Both the position numbers and the translations under genes were made by a program. The notes under the pieces are model-generated. The model was not told the DNA's origin, searched no databases, and saw only the letters and a list, made by a program, of their open reading frames with translations. From IMG/VR virus record IMGVR_UViG_3300020045_007920, positions 1 to 41,290 of that record: 41,290 nucleotides of DNA; one strand, 5' to 3'. Of the stretch, positions 6,934-15,672 are shown piece after piece; the first letter of the stretch is position 1, and every line of letters begins with the position of its first letter. The DNA is from a virus (lineage: Duplodnaviria > Caudoviricetes).

Positions 6934-9097
6934 TTACTCGATTGCTACGAACCCACAATACGTGCCTAATTGGCATCACAGAGTTATTGCACACCAACTG
7001 GAGAAAATTGCGGAACATGGAGATAGGGATTATAAAATCCTTATCGTGACTGTCCCACCCCGTCACGGAAAATCACAAGAATGTTCTATTGACTTCCCTT
7101 CTTGGTATCTTGGGAAGAATCCTAATAAGGAAATTATCACAGCCTCTTATGCAGGAGAGTTGGCGCAGTCTTTCGGAGGCAAAGCGAGGGAGAAAGTGGA
7201 CTCTCCTGCACACAAGTTGATATTCCCGGAAGTCTCGCTAAAGGAAGATGAGAAGGCTAAAGGAAGGTGGAGGACTAATTTAGGGGGGTCATATCTCTCT
7301 GTGGGTGTTGGTGGACCTATAACCGGTTTTGGCGCGAATTGTTTATTGATCGATGATCCGACAAAAAATCGTGAGGAAGCGGAAAGTTCTACCATGCGTG
7401 AAAAAGTGTGGGATTGGTTTACCTCGACTGCCTTCACTCGTTTGTCACCTAATGGGGTGGTTGTTTTAATTATGTGTATGACGGGCGATACTCCGGTTTT
7501 AATGGCAGATGGAACTGAACGAGCGCTACGCGACATTCGACAGGGTGATAAAGTCGCGACATATGATAAGGGTAAGCTGGCCACTTCAACCGTTCAAAAC
7601 TGGCAAAATAATGGTCTTGATAGAATCTTGAAAATCAAGACGACTTCTGGTAAAATAGTTAGATCGAATAAAAGACATCCGTTTCTTACTTATTTTAATG
7701 GAGAACTAAAATGGACACGAGCACAAAACTTAACTACAGCGTACAAAATCGTAACCGTAAGGGGCAGTGGGGAAAATGGAAAGGGAAAAAGTGCTTTAAG
7801 TGCGACCTACCAGTCGCTTGCAGAGGATACTGTGCTTCCCACTATGGCAAAAAAATGTGGGCTGATGGACATCGTCCGCCGTCAGTTAATAAGGAGTCAT
7901 GTCGTCAAAGGCGGATTAAGAATCGCTACGGCATTACGGTTGAGGAATATAACAAGCTTTTTGAGGCACAGAATGGACGATGCGCTATTTGTAATGAACC
8001 ACCAGGAGAAAATGTGCGTGCTCATTGGGGAGGAAAACTCTGTATTGACCACTGCTACAACACCAATAAAGTCAGAGGACTTCTCTGTAATGACTGTAAT
8101 CTTGCGGTCGGTTATGCAAAAACTGAAGTTACTGCTCTTGCTATTGCGAAATACATCAAACTTCACTCTTGAAGACATTGTTTCTATTGAAGAAGACGGG
8201 GTTGAAGATGTATTTGATATTCAAATTGAAAGGACAGAAAATTTTATCGCTAATGGGGTAGTAAGTCACAATACTCGTTGGCACATGGATGACTTAGCGG
8301 GACGCATCCTGGCTCATCCAACACTCTCTAAGCGTACCAAACTTATTCGCTTACCCGCGATTGCAGAGAAGGATGATAAGTTTAGAAAAGCCGGTGAACC
8401 TCTCTGGCCGACACGATACGACCTTGCTTCGCTGGAGGAAATAAAGAAGACTATTGGACCATACGATTGGGCAGCTTTGTATCAAGGCTCCCCTATTTTG
8501 ACGGAAGACCAGGAGTTTAGGACTGAGTGGATAAAAACTATTGATGAGGATGAAGTGGAGTCCATGTCTACCACCAACTACCTAACTGTGGACACCGCCA
8601 TGAGTAAACTCACACAGTCGGATTCATGCGGTTTCTGTGATAACTCGGTGGATAAGGAAAACTTCTGGAACATTGCGGCATGGGGGGCGAAACTTAATCC
8701 AGAGGAACTTGTGGACACTTTATTCGCGTTGCATGAAAAGAGAAAGTACACAGCCATAGGTCTTGAGAGGACTATGTACACGGATGGATTGAAACCATTT
8801 TTAGAATCTGAGCAGAGGAGACGTAACCGATTTCTACCTATTGTGGAACTTAAACATAATCAGACAGCAAAGGAGATTCGCATCAGAGGGCTTATTCCTA
8901 GATATGCGAGTGGTTCGATCAGACATATCAAAGGGCGTTGCAAAGCTCTTGAAGAAGAACAGGCATACTTCCCTAACGGGTTACACGATGACGTTCTCGA
9001 TGCTACTGCTTATCAGAGTCAGATAGTAACCGAACCAGAAAGTACGGTGTACATCCATGGAAGAAGTAGAAAGAGTAATTTATTACTTGATTGGTGA
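6851..9097 (+). CDS. terL: Terminase large subunit (748-aa precursor; 482 aa after removal of a 266-aa intein)
   Basis: Walker A VPPRHGKS, Walker B LLIDDP, coupling motif rebuilt by splicing (VVLIM|TRWHMDDL), nuclease motifs LTVDTA and HDDVLDA. Confidence 0.95.
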   Translation: MSLPQNKPNELPKEYLMVIQQSRQNLIDYSIATNPQYVPNWHHRVIAHQLEKIAEHGDRDYKILIVTVPPRHGKSQECSIDFPSWYLGKNPNKEIITASYAGELAQSFGGKAREKVDSPAHKLIFPEVSLKEDEKAKGRWRTNLGGSYLSVGVGGPITGFGANCLLIDDPTKNREEAESSTMREKVWDWFTSTAFTRLSPNGVVVLIMCMTGDTPVLMADGTERALRDIRQGDKVATYDKGKLATSTVQNWQNNGLDRILKIKTTSGKIVRSNKRHPFLTYFNGELKWTRAQNLTTAYKIVTVRGSGENGKGKSALSATYQSLAEDTVLPTMAKKCGLMDIVRRQLIRSHVVKGGLRIATALRLRNITSFLRHRMDDALFVMNHQEKMCVLIGEENSVLTTATTPIKSEDFSVMTVILRSVMQKLKLLLLLLRNTSNFTLEDIVSIEEDGVEDVFDIQIERTENFIANGVVSHNTRWHMDDLAGRILAHPTLSKRTKLIRLPAIAEKDDKFRKAGEPLWPTRYDLASLEEIKKTIGPYDWAALYQGSPILTEDQEFRTEWIKTIDEDEVESMSTTNYLTVDTAMSKLTQSDSCGFCDNSVDKENFWNIAAWGAKLNPEELVDTLFALHEKRKYTAIGLERTMYTDGLKPFLESEQRRRNRFLPIVELKHNQTAKEIRIRGLIPRYASGSIRHIKGRCKALEEEQAYFPNGLHDDVLDATAYQSQIVTEPESTVYIHGRSRKSNLLLDW
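7475..8272 (+). mobile_element. Intein in TerL (Cys1 to His-Asn, +1 Thr)
   Basis: Block A CMTGDTPVLMADG, block B VRSNKRHPFL, block F EDVFDIQIERTENFIANGV, block G SHN|T; 798 nt. Confidence 0.93.
7711..8172 (+). CDS. Endonuclease VII-type (His-Me finger) homing endonuclease, overprinted in an alternative frame inside the intein
   Basis: RYGITVEEYNKLFEAQNGRCAIC...LCIDHCYNTNKVRGLLCNDCNLAVG plus an N-terminal CFKC...GYCASHY Zn motif; GGAG at 7700-7703, 7 nt before the ATG; frame offset +2 from terL. Confidence 0.88.
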   Translation: MDTSTKLNYSVQNRNRKGQWGKWKGKKCFKCDLPVACRGYCASHYGKKMWADGHRPPSVNKESCRQRRIKNRYGITVEEYNKLFEAQNGRCAICNEPPGENVRAHWGGKLCIDHCYNTNKVRGLLCNDCNLAVGYAKTEVTALAIAKYIKLHS

Positions 9098-9102
9098 TTT
9101 AT

Positions 9103-9285
9103 ATGTGGAAATATTCTAAATACGCTGAACAATGGTCAAAAGATAAATATCCTAAAGGATTAAGGAGGTTTTTATTTATGGTATATATGAAATATGGTTT
9201 TTTTGATATTTGTTTATTTGTGAGAGGTAAGAAAGAAAAGTTTAGAAGATTCTTAAACAATGATCCTACGTATCGGAAATTTTAA
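9103..9285 (+). CDS. Small AT-rich basic hypothetical protein between terL and portal
   Basis: 60 aa from ATG 9103. Confidence 0.45.
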   Translation: MWKYSKYAEQWSKDKYPKGLRRFLFMVYMKYGFFDICLFVRGKKEKFRRFLNNDPTYRKF

Positions 9286-9291
9286 TAACTA

Positions 9292-9300
9292 TGTTATAAT
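9292..9300 (+). promoter_or_regulatory. Extended -10 promoter TGTTATAAT; likely leaderless portal mRNA
   Basis: ATG 9308 lies 7 nt downstream. The same motif occurs at 6189, 11256, 18810, 29517, 29657 and 29925. Confidence 0.65.
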
Positions 9301-9307
9301 ACAGCAC

Positions 9308-11245
9308 ATGTACGGAGATACTACTAATTCAACAATATCTGCTTATCAACCAAATGATGAAGTTTTAGCGTTCACTGCTCAATGTAAAAAAGATTACGGA
9401 GAAGGGGAGCGTATTCTAAATAAATCATGGAGAGAGTTAAACAATCGTAGCGTCATTCAAGACACTGAACGTGGCAATCTAATGTTCAATGCTTTTGTTG
9501 ATGAAGATATTGAAGATCCCAACGAAGCATGGAAGTGGAGAGGGACACGTTCTATTGCAAGAAATAAAGGGATAGCTATGCATGCTAACCTGACGGCTAA
9601 TTACCTTCTCCCTGTGTTCTTGGCTCAAAATGAGGATGATGATATTGATCGAGATTTCTCGGAGATTATGCGAGACATTATTGAGTGGATGGCTTTGCCT
9701 AATAATTCTAACTATCAATCATCGTTTCTTTCTGTGGTTTTTGGAATGATACAAAATCCTGTTACATATCTTGGAGCTGAATATTGTGAGGTTTTTCAGA
9801 CTATTAAAGAGAAGCAACAGAATGGTGAGTATACCAAAAAGGAAATATTAGATGAAGTATTATCTGGTTTTCAAGCTCCTGTATATTCTCCGTTAGAGGT
9901 TCTTATTACAAATGCTCATGAGCGTAACACTCAACGGCAGAGAGTCATAATCAAACGCAGATACTGTGAACGTTCAGAGCTTGAGGCGAAGTATGGAGAA
10001 CACGTAAATTTTGGATATGTGCAGAATGGAATTAAATCTATTTATAATTCAGATGAGGGTATTTTTTATGATGTTAAGGATGATGATCACCCTAATTTAG
10101 TTGTTGAGGAAACGGTGCTAAATAGACGTGATGATTCAGAAGTTTGTTTTGTTAATGGTATTTACATGGGTAATGAGAATATTGAGAATAACCCTATTAA
10201 GCATAGGGATAATCGTGGTGCACCAAAATACAATGTCATTCCGTTTGTTTACCACAGAATTGGCGAACATTTCTTTTATGGTAAGTCTATGATGAACGCC
10301 TTGTCTTGGGATAATGACATGTACGATGCCATGACGGAAGTAGTGATGAACAGGGCTTTTCTTGAAACAGAGATGCCTATTGCGGTATCAGGTTCGGACA
10401 AGATTGACAGTGATGTGATCTTCCCTAATTCAGTTGTGTCATTCAAAAATGAGAACGTAAAAATTCAACCACTCCTTCCAAACTCTAATATGTCTGCTGG
10501 ATTTAATGTTCTTCGTGAAACAGAAAAGTCTTTGAATGACAGTTCTCTTAATGAAACTATCTCAGGACAGAATCCTGCTTCTGGAACCACAGCTTATAGT
10601 ATCTCTCAAGCTCAAGCAGCTTCAAAGAAACTTATTTCTGGTATAGGAAAATCATTAGCTGAATCTATGGTGCAATATGGTGATTTGATGAAGGATATTG
10701 CGATCAATCACATTACGGTGCCGCAAGTGGAGGAATTGATAGGGGGTGGAATGAAATTACGCTATAGAACATTTTTATTAAATAATAAGGATATGGGAGG
10801 TAGGAAATTAGATAAGAGAATAAAGTTTGACGAATCTCTTATTGGTCTTGAACTTACTGATGATGAAAAGATGGATAGAAGCATGAAACTACTTGAGGAA
10901 TCTGGTTATCCTGATAATAAAGAAGCGGTCATTTATGCTAATCCTGAATTGTTTGCAAAATTTAAATATCTCTCGAAGGTGGATATTGAGGAGATGTTTG
11001 TAAAGAATCAAGAATATTACCAGCCATTAATACTTTCTCTTAAGCAAGCGTTAGTGAATGATCCGTATGCTAATCAAGAAGCCCTCACTCGTGAACTTAT
11101 GTATGCGTATTTCCAAAGTAGGGGGGAGAATTTTATTCAGAAGCAGCCAATCGCACCAGTGCAGGGAATGGAAGGGTCAGACGCTTTGAGTAAGCAGGTT
11201 CAAGGTCGAGCAAATTCAAGTGTTGCTAGCGCAGTTGCACCATAA
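9308..11245 (+). CDS. Portal protein (P22/podovirus-like)
   Basis: About 645 aa after terL; ...HFFYGKSMM...AMTEVVMNRA...ETISGQ...TTAYSISQAQAAS portal-like pattern; start revised to 9308. Confidence 0.8.
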   Translation: MYGDTTNSTISAYQPNDEVLAFTAQCKKDYGEGERILNKSWRELNNRSVIQDTERGNLMFNAFVDEDIEDPNEAWKWRGTRSIARNKGIAMHANLTANYLLPVFLAQNEDDDIDRDFSEIMRDIIEWMALPNNSNYQSSFLSVVFGMIQNPVTYLGAEYCEVFQTIKEKQQNGEYTKKEILDEVLSGFQAPVYSPLEVLITNAHERNTQRQRVIIKRRYCERSELEAKYGEHVNFGYVQNGIKSIYNSDEGIFYDVKDDDHPNLVVEETVLNRRDDSEVCFVNGIYMGNENIENNPIKHRDNRGAPKYNVIPFVYHRIGEHFFYGKSMMNALSWDNDMYDAMTEVVMNRAFLETEMPIAVSGSDKIDSDVIFPNSVVSFKNENVKIQPLLPNSNMSAGFNVLRETEKSLNDSSLNETISGQNPASGTTAYSISQAQAASKKLISGIGKSLAESMVQYGDLMKDIAINHITVPQVEELIGGGMKLRYRTFLLNNKDMGGRKLDKRIKFDESLIGLELTDDEKMDRSMKLLEESGYPDNKEAVIYANPELFAKFKYLSKVDIEEMFVKNQEYYQPLILSLKQALVNDPYANQEALTRELMYAYFQSRGENFIQKQPIAPVQGMEGSDALSKQVQGRANSSVASAVAP

Positions 11246-11289
11246 ATTATTAACGTGTTATAATATACACATATCAGTAACAAACTATT

Positions 11290-11646
11290 ATGCCATTACT
11301 ATTAGAAAAATATCAGTGTGGAAATGAGGAAAAATTTAATCGAGCAGTATTTGGTACTACAGGCCGAGGAGGTGGTCTCGTAGGAGGTGTAGGAGAAAAT
11401 GCTACAGAGGAAGCTAAGCTCGCTGAGTATGATCGTCTTGGTGGTCTTATTCTTGAGGGTAAGATGAAGGTTGAAACAGGTTCATTCTTTGATTTTACGA
11501 AGAATAAACCTCGTGAAAAACCAGTAATTGTCTATGCCTTTAGAGATGATGAAGGAAAAATATCTGTTCCAGAGGGTACAGAACTTCCTTTGGAGGCAAG
11601 ACCTGATGTCGGAAAGACTCCTAAGAAGAAGAAAAGTAAAGAATAA
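11290..11646 (+). CDS. Hypothetical head-module protein
   Basis: 118 aa after promoter TGTTATAAT (11256). Confidence 0.75.
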   Translation: MPLLLEKYQCGNEEKFNRAVFGTTGRGGGLVGGVGENATEEAKLAEYDRLGGLILEGKMKVETGSFFDFTKNKPREKPVIVYAFRDDEGKISVPEGTELPLEARPDVGKTPKKKKSKE

Positions 11647-12011
11647 TGAAAGCCATTCTTCTTAGAAAGTTGATTGGGTTTTTGGCAAAAGGAGAACGAG
11701 AAGTGATATTGACAGAGTTGGTAAAGAAGCACTTTAACACCATAAGTAAGGAAGACATCTTCAAAATAGAAGGTAAAGTGTGGACATTTGAAGGGCGTGA
11801 GCTTGAGGATAGCGAGAGGGAAATGATTATTGCTCAAGCTAAGCAAATTCAGAATATGTTCACATGGAAGATTTTGGAAAAAGAAGTCATGTGGAGAGCT
11901 AATAGGGAAATGTACTTAAAATCCACAGATGTTTTCGGAATTACTATGGGGAAGAGTTGGCAGTATGTCTTTGATATAATAAACAGTAAATTGAAAGATA
12001 TTGTGGGTTAG
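11646..12011 (+). CDS. Hypothetical head-module protein
   Basis: 121 aa, TAATG-coupled to the upstream gene. Confidence 0.75.
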   Translation: MKAILLRKLIGFLAKGEREVILTELVKKHFNTISKEDIFKIEGKVWTFEGRELEDSEREMIIAQAKQIQNMFTWKILEKEVMWRANREMYLKSTDVFGITMGKSWQYVFDIINSKLKDIVG

Positions 12012-12111
12012 TGTTCCAAAGTGTCTCCTAGGTATAGGAGCCACGAATGGGATACAAACCCCCTTACTAGAGGTACTAGATGCGATAAGCTTATAAATTA
12101 ACCCGCAAGGG

Positions 12112-12846
12112 ATGTCTGACGAGACAGTAAAAACGATAAATATGCCCGAACCTATAAAGGATGTGGAAACTACCAAAGTCGAGGAATCTACTAAAGTAGA
12201 AACTGAAACTAAGGACGATGTTGACACTAACAAGGACACTGACACAGGGATTGATTATGATGCAGAGATAGCGGAGGAAAAAAAGAAAGGCAAACCTGAT
12301 CCTGAAATTGCCAAAAAGGCATTTCTTGATAGGCAAGCTAAAAGAGAAGCCGGTGAAGAGGGAGAATCAGAAGATGATAAGCCTCTTACTCGGAAAGATA
12401 TTGCAGAAGTTGAATCTCGTTTGGAGAAGAAACATTTGAATACTCAAGCTCTTGCCATCGCTACACAATTTGCAGGTTCCGTAAAGGAAGCTGAACTAAT
12501 TGTTGAGAAATGGAAAAATCGAACTTTTCCTCAAGGACTCTCGCTTAACGATCAAATAGAAGAATCTTTTGCTATTACTCACCGTAAGAGAATTATTGGT
12601 GAAAGGAATGAAGCTCTTAGGGCGTTGAAGGGACGAAGTGGAGTTAATGATAACCCCGCTGGTGCTCATCACGATTCTCAAAAGGGTGGAGGACCTGAAA
12701 TAGCAGGGATTGATAAAGCGGCAATTCTTGCTTCTGGTTTTAAGTACAATGAGACTAATCGAAGGTTTGAGAAAAAACTCAAAAATGGAGATACTCTCAT
12801 TCAAGACCCTAAAACTAAACAAACTTCTATAGTTAAGAAATCGTAA
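12112..12846 (+). CDS. Putative capsid scaffolding protein
   Basis: Acidic low-complexity N-terminus, helical core, positioned between portal and capsid. Confidence 0.65.
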   Translation: MSDETVKTINMPEPIKDVETTKVEESTKVETETKDDVDTNKDTDTGIDYDAEIAEEKKKGKPDPEIAKKAFLDRQAKREAGEEGESEDDKPLTRKDIAEVESRLEKKHLNTQALAIATQFAGSVKEAELIVEKWKNRTFPQGLSLNDQIEESFAITHRKRIIGERNEALRALKGRSGVNDNPAGAHHDSQKGGGPEIAGIDKAAILASGFKYNETNRRFEKKLKNGDTLIQDPKTKQTSIVKKS

Positions 12847-12932
12847 TTATGTTAACACGCATACAGGCTTAGTCGGCCTTCTATGTAAACCTCATGCTGA
12901 TTCAGGCATGAGTCAATTAACCTAATTTTTTT

Positions 12933-13463
12933 ATGGCACGAAATGATCTTAAAGTTGTGGGTCTTGCTCAAACCCTCCCTCGTAGGATTGCAGCGGCAGT
13001 TACTCGTTATGAAGTAGGTGAACCTTGTCATCGTACAGATACAACCTATTCATCTGGAGTAGCTTCGGCAAACACATGGGTATTGGCAGCTGCTGATACA
13101 CCAGTTATAGGAACTCACATTTTTGGAGGTGTATTTTCATCTCAGTGTGTACCTTTTCAAACAGGTACAGTTGTAGCTCATACTGCTCAAGCAGTATTGC
13201 CTTTACCTGGTATTGGATTGCTTCGCGGACGTGCGGAAACTATTGCTTCAGTAGACACTGATGCTGAACTTTTGCTTATCATCAATGACGTAACACTTAT
13301 TGATTACAACGCAACAGGCGCAGCTGATGGTGGACAGCTTTACACTATCAAAGAAGTTGCTTCAGCGGATACTTCAGGTCTTGAGATTGTTGGTGGTAAT
13401 CCAGCAACAAGCACTCTTGATGTCGTTGTAGATGTTCGTTGCTTCCGCATAGATATTTCCTAA
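12933..13463 (+). CDS. Putative capsid decoration/cement protein
   Basis: 176 aa, beta-rich, immediately upstream of the major capsid gene. Confidence 0.55.
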   Translation: MARNDLKVVGLAQTLPRRIAAAVTRYEVGEPCHRTDTTYSSGVASANTWVLAAADTPVIGTHIFGGVFSSQCVPFQTGTVVAHTAQAVLPLPGIGLLRGRAETIASVDTDAELLLIINDVTLIDYNATGAADGGQLYTIKEVASADTSGLEIVGGNPATSTLDVVVDVRCFRIDIS

Positions 13464-13505
13464 TTAGTCTATTAGGAAACTTATTATTTAATTTTATTCA
13501 TTACA

Positions 13506-14468
13506 ATGAACCCAAATGGTGGCCATAGTGGACTATTAAGTCCAGATGCTGTCAAGACAGCAATTGATGGAGTAGCATGGGAAGAGTTTACTCGTGAAAC
13601 TCAGCCAGGCTATCTGTCAGCAACAGATCCTTTCTTCTTCAAGCAGGAAAACAATGGGTATGTCAACGTCTATGACGTAGGCTCCAATGTTGGCGCGTTT
13701 GAGAAAGTGGGAGAACAGGAAGTTATCAATAACACTAATACTCTTATTGGTAATACAGTTACAAAGTTCTCACAGAAATATGTGAAGCAGATTCCAATTT
13801 CTGATGAAGCTTTTAGAGACGATCGTCATTCAGTACGTGCACAGCTTGGTAAGCAAGTTGGTGATCGTGCTCGATATACGATTGACAAGTTTGGACTCCT
13901 TGAGTCGTACGGAGATGCGTTTGCTGGTGCAACAAACACCACGGATGATGCCGTAGCTTTGGCTTCAAACAGTCACGTTACCCTCGGAGGTCTTACAGTA
14001 GACAATCTTGAGACAGGCGCTCTTACTCCTGATAACTTGTGGACAGCTACAGTTAGTCTTGCTGGACAGAAGGGACAGGACGGTGAACTTGGTTCTCATG
14101 TCTTCGAAGGCTTGGTTACACCTTTCCTTCTTTATAAGACAGGCAAGGAAGTTATGAACTCTCAACTTCTCGCTAATAGTGGTGAAAATAACATTAACGT
14201 GTTTGACACTGATTATGGTGAGGTTAGATTGGCAGCTTCAGCTATTCTTGGATCCGCTTTCAACTCGGCAACGAACGCTAACACTTCGTATCACCTTGTA
14301 GGACGTAATCATCAGATTACTCGTCACTCATTCTACGGATTGGTAACTTCGATGCTTAACCCAGAGCAGACTACTACAGATTCTTATGTTATGAGATATA
14401 AGTTCCATGAGAGGACATATCCAAAGACATGGACAGGTTATGTAGGCTCTAACGGTTCAACTGCATAA
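13506..14468 (+). CDS. Major capsid protein (HK97 fold, Mu gpT-like)
   Basis: 320 aa; EKVGEQEVI...KYVKQIPISDEAFRDD...DAVALASNSH...WTGYVGSNG pattern and synteny. Confidence 0.8.
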   Translation: MNPNGGHSGLLSPDAVKTAIDGVAWEEFTRETQPGYLSATDPFFFKQENNGYVNVYDVGSNVGAFEKVGEQEVINNTNTLIGNTVTKFSQKYVKQIPISDEAFRDDRHSVRAQLGKQVGDRARYTIDKFGLLESYGDAFAGATNTTDDAVALASNSHVTLGGLTVDNLETGALTPDNLWTATVSLAGQKGQDGELGSHVFEGLVTPFLLYKTGKEVMNSQLLANSGENNINVFDTDYGEVRLAASAILGSAFNSATNANTSYHLVGRNHQITRHSFYGLVTSMLNPEQTTTDSYVMRYKFHERTYPKTWTGYVGSNGSTA

Positions 14469-14493
14469 TTATTATCACTAATCACAATCAACC

Positions 14494-14961
14494 ATGAATT
14501 CAAATAAATCTTTGTGGATTGCGGTGGTTGTGGTAGCAATCATTGCAGTCGGTGGATACTTCTTTCCACAAGTGGCTCAGTTACTTAATCTCGGCCGTGT
14601 AGGTACTCAAATGCCTAACGGAGTTACTATAGGTTCTTCGGGTACAAATAACAGAAATGTTATTGATGGGACTTGTACTCTCATTGTTCAGGCAGGTACT
14701 CAAGTGGCGTCAACTACTGCACCTTACGATTGCGCTGTAACTGGACTTACATCTAGTTTCACAAGCACTCTTGCGCAGTTTTCGACCTCAACCGCCTTTA
14801 CGACAAGTCAGGCATTCGGTTTCGTTATTGTAGGTTCAAAAGCCTCGACTACGGCGGGTTATCTGACTGTACTTTTGCTTAACGCAACTGGTGCAGCAGC
14901 TAATGCATCGACATTGGGATATGCCTCTACAACTTCGTATCACGCAGTTCAAACTCAATAG
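14494..14961 (+). CDS. Membrane-anchored Thr/Ser-rich protein
   Basis: N-terminal TM LWIAVVVVAIIAVGGYFF; repeated ASTT/STST. Confidence 0.8.
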   Translation: MNSNKSLWIAVVVVAIIAVGGYFFPQVAQLLNLGRVGTQMPNGVTIGSSGTNNRNVIDGTCTLIVQAGTQVASTTAPYDCAVTGLTSSFTSTLAQFSTSTAFTTSQAFGFVIVGSKASTTAGYLTVLLLNATGAAANASTLGYASTTSYHAVQTQ

Positions 14962-15003
14962 CCTATACACTCTGGGGGTTATGCCCCTAGAGATGTGTAG
15001 GTT
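14960..15003 (+). terminator. Long hairpin after the capsid block (terminator or processing site)
   Basis: AGCCTATACA-CTCTGGGGG...CCCCTAGAG-A-TGTGTAGGTT, about 19 bp with G-U pairs; no clear U tract. Confidence 0.45.
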
Positions 15004-15028
15004 AGAAATTAAAAATTAATTAACTTAA

Positions 15029-15667
15029 ATGAAATCTTATAAATACTCAATTTTAGGAACAATAATCATCGCTATAGCATTGATTATTGTTGGAATACCA
15101 GCTGTAAAAGCAAATCCAATATTTTTCCCTGCTTCCGTTCAAACTTCAACAGCCACAACATCTCCGACATATATCTTGACAGGTAGAGCAACAAGTACAT
15201 CTTTGGTTTATGATTCATTTGGTAGGAATCCAAACGATCCAACTATCCCATCTGGAAATACCACAGGGTCGAGCAATGCCCTTGTGATGGTCGAAATGGT
15301 CGCCTCTACTACTCCGGGTTCAGCATCACTTCAGATATTTCCTCAGTATTCTACAGGATACAATGGTATTGATTGTTACAACATCCCAACAGCATGTGAA
15401 TGGTTTGAGGATGGTGGAGTACAACCAAACTTTGCAAGTACCACAAAATTGTTTGATATAACAACTACAGGATTCTTTACAATGAACTTCTCTTCGTCTA
15501 CTCCAGACAAGAGGGCACTTCCCTTGTCAGGAGCCGCAACTTCAACTAGGGCGTTCTGGATAAATACTCCAGTTAGATATACTAGATTAGTTGTTGTTTC
15601 ACCTGTCGGAGCTACACCTGCAACTTTCTGGATACAGGTGCAAGCAACTAAAGAGAGGGCAGAATAA
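15029..15667 (+). CDS. Secreted Thr/Ser-rich protein
   Basis: Signal peptide ending VKA|N; several ATST/ASTT motifs. Confidence 0.8.
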   Translation: MKSYKYSILGTIIIAIALIIVGIPAVKANPIFFPASVQTSTATTSPTYILTGRATSTSLVYDSFGRNPNDPTIPSGNTTGSSNALVMVEMVASTTPGSASLQIFPQYSTGYNGIDCYNIPTACEWFEDGGVQPNFASTTKLFDITTTGFFTMNFSSSTPDKRALPLSGAATSTRAFWINTPVRYTRLVVVSPVGATPATFWIQVQATKERAE

Positions 15668-15672
15668 CTATA

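Noticed and set aside
7711-8172. Group I intron or terL pseudogene as the explanation for the nested nuclease
   Set aside because: The terL frame is uninterrupted, and complete intein motifs with C1, HN and +1 Thr flank the nuclease.
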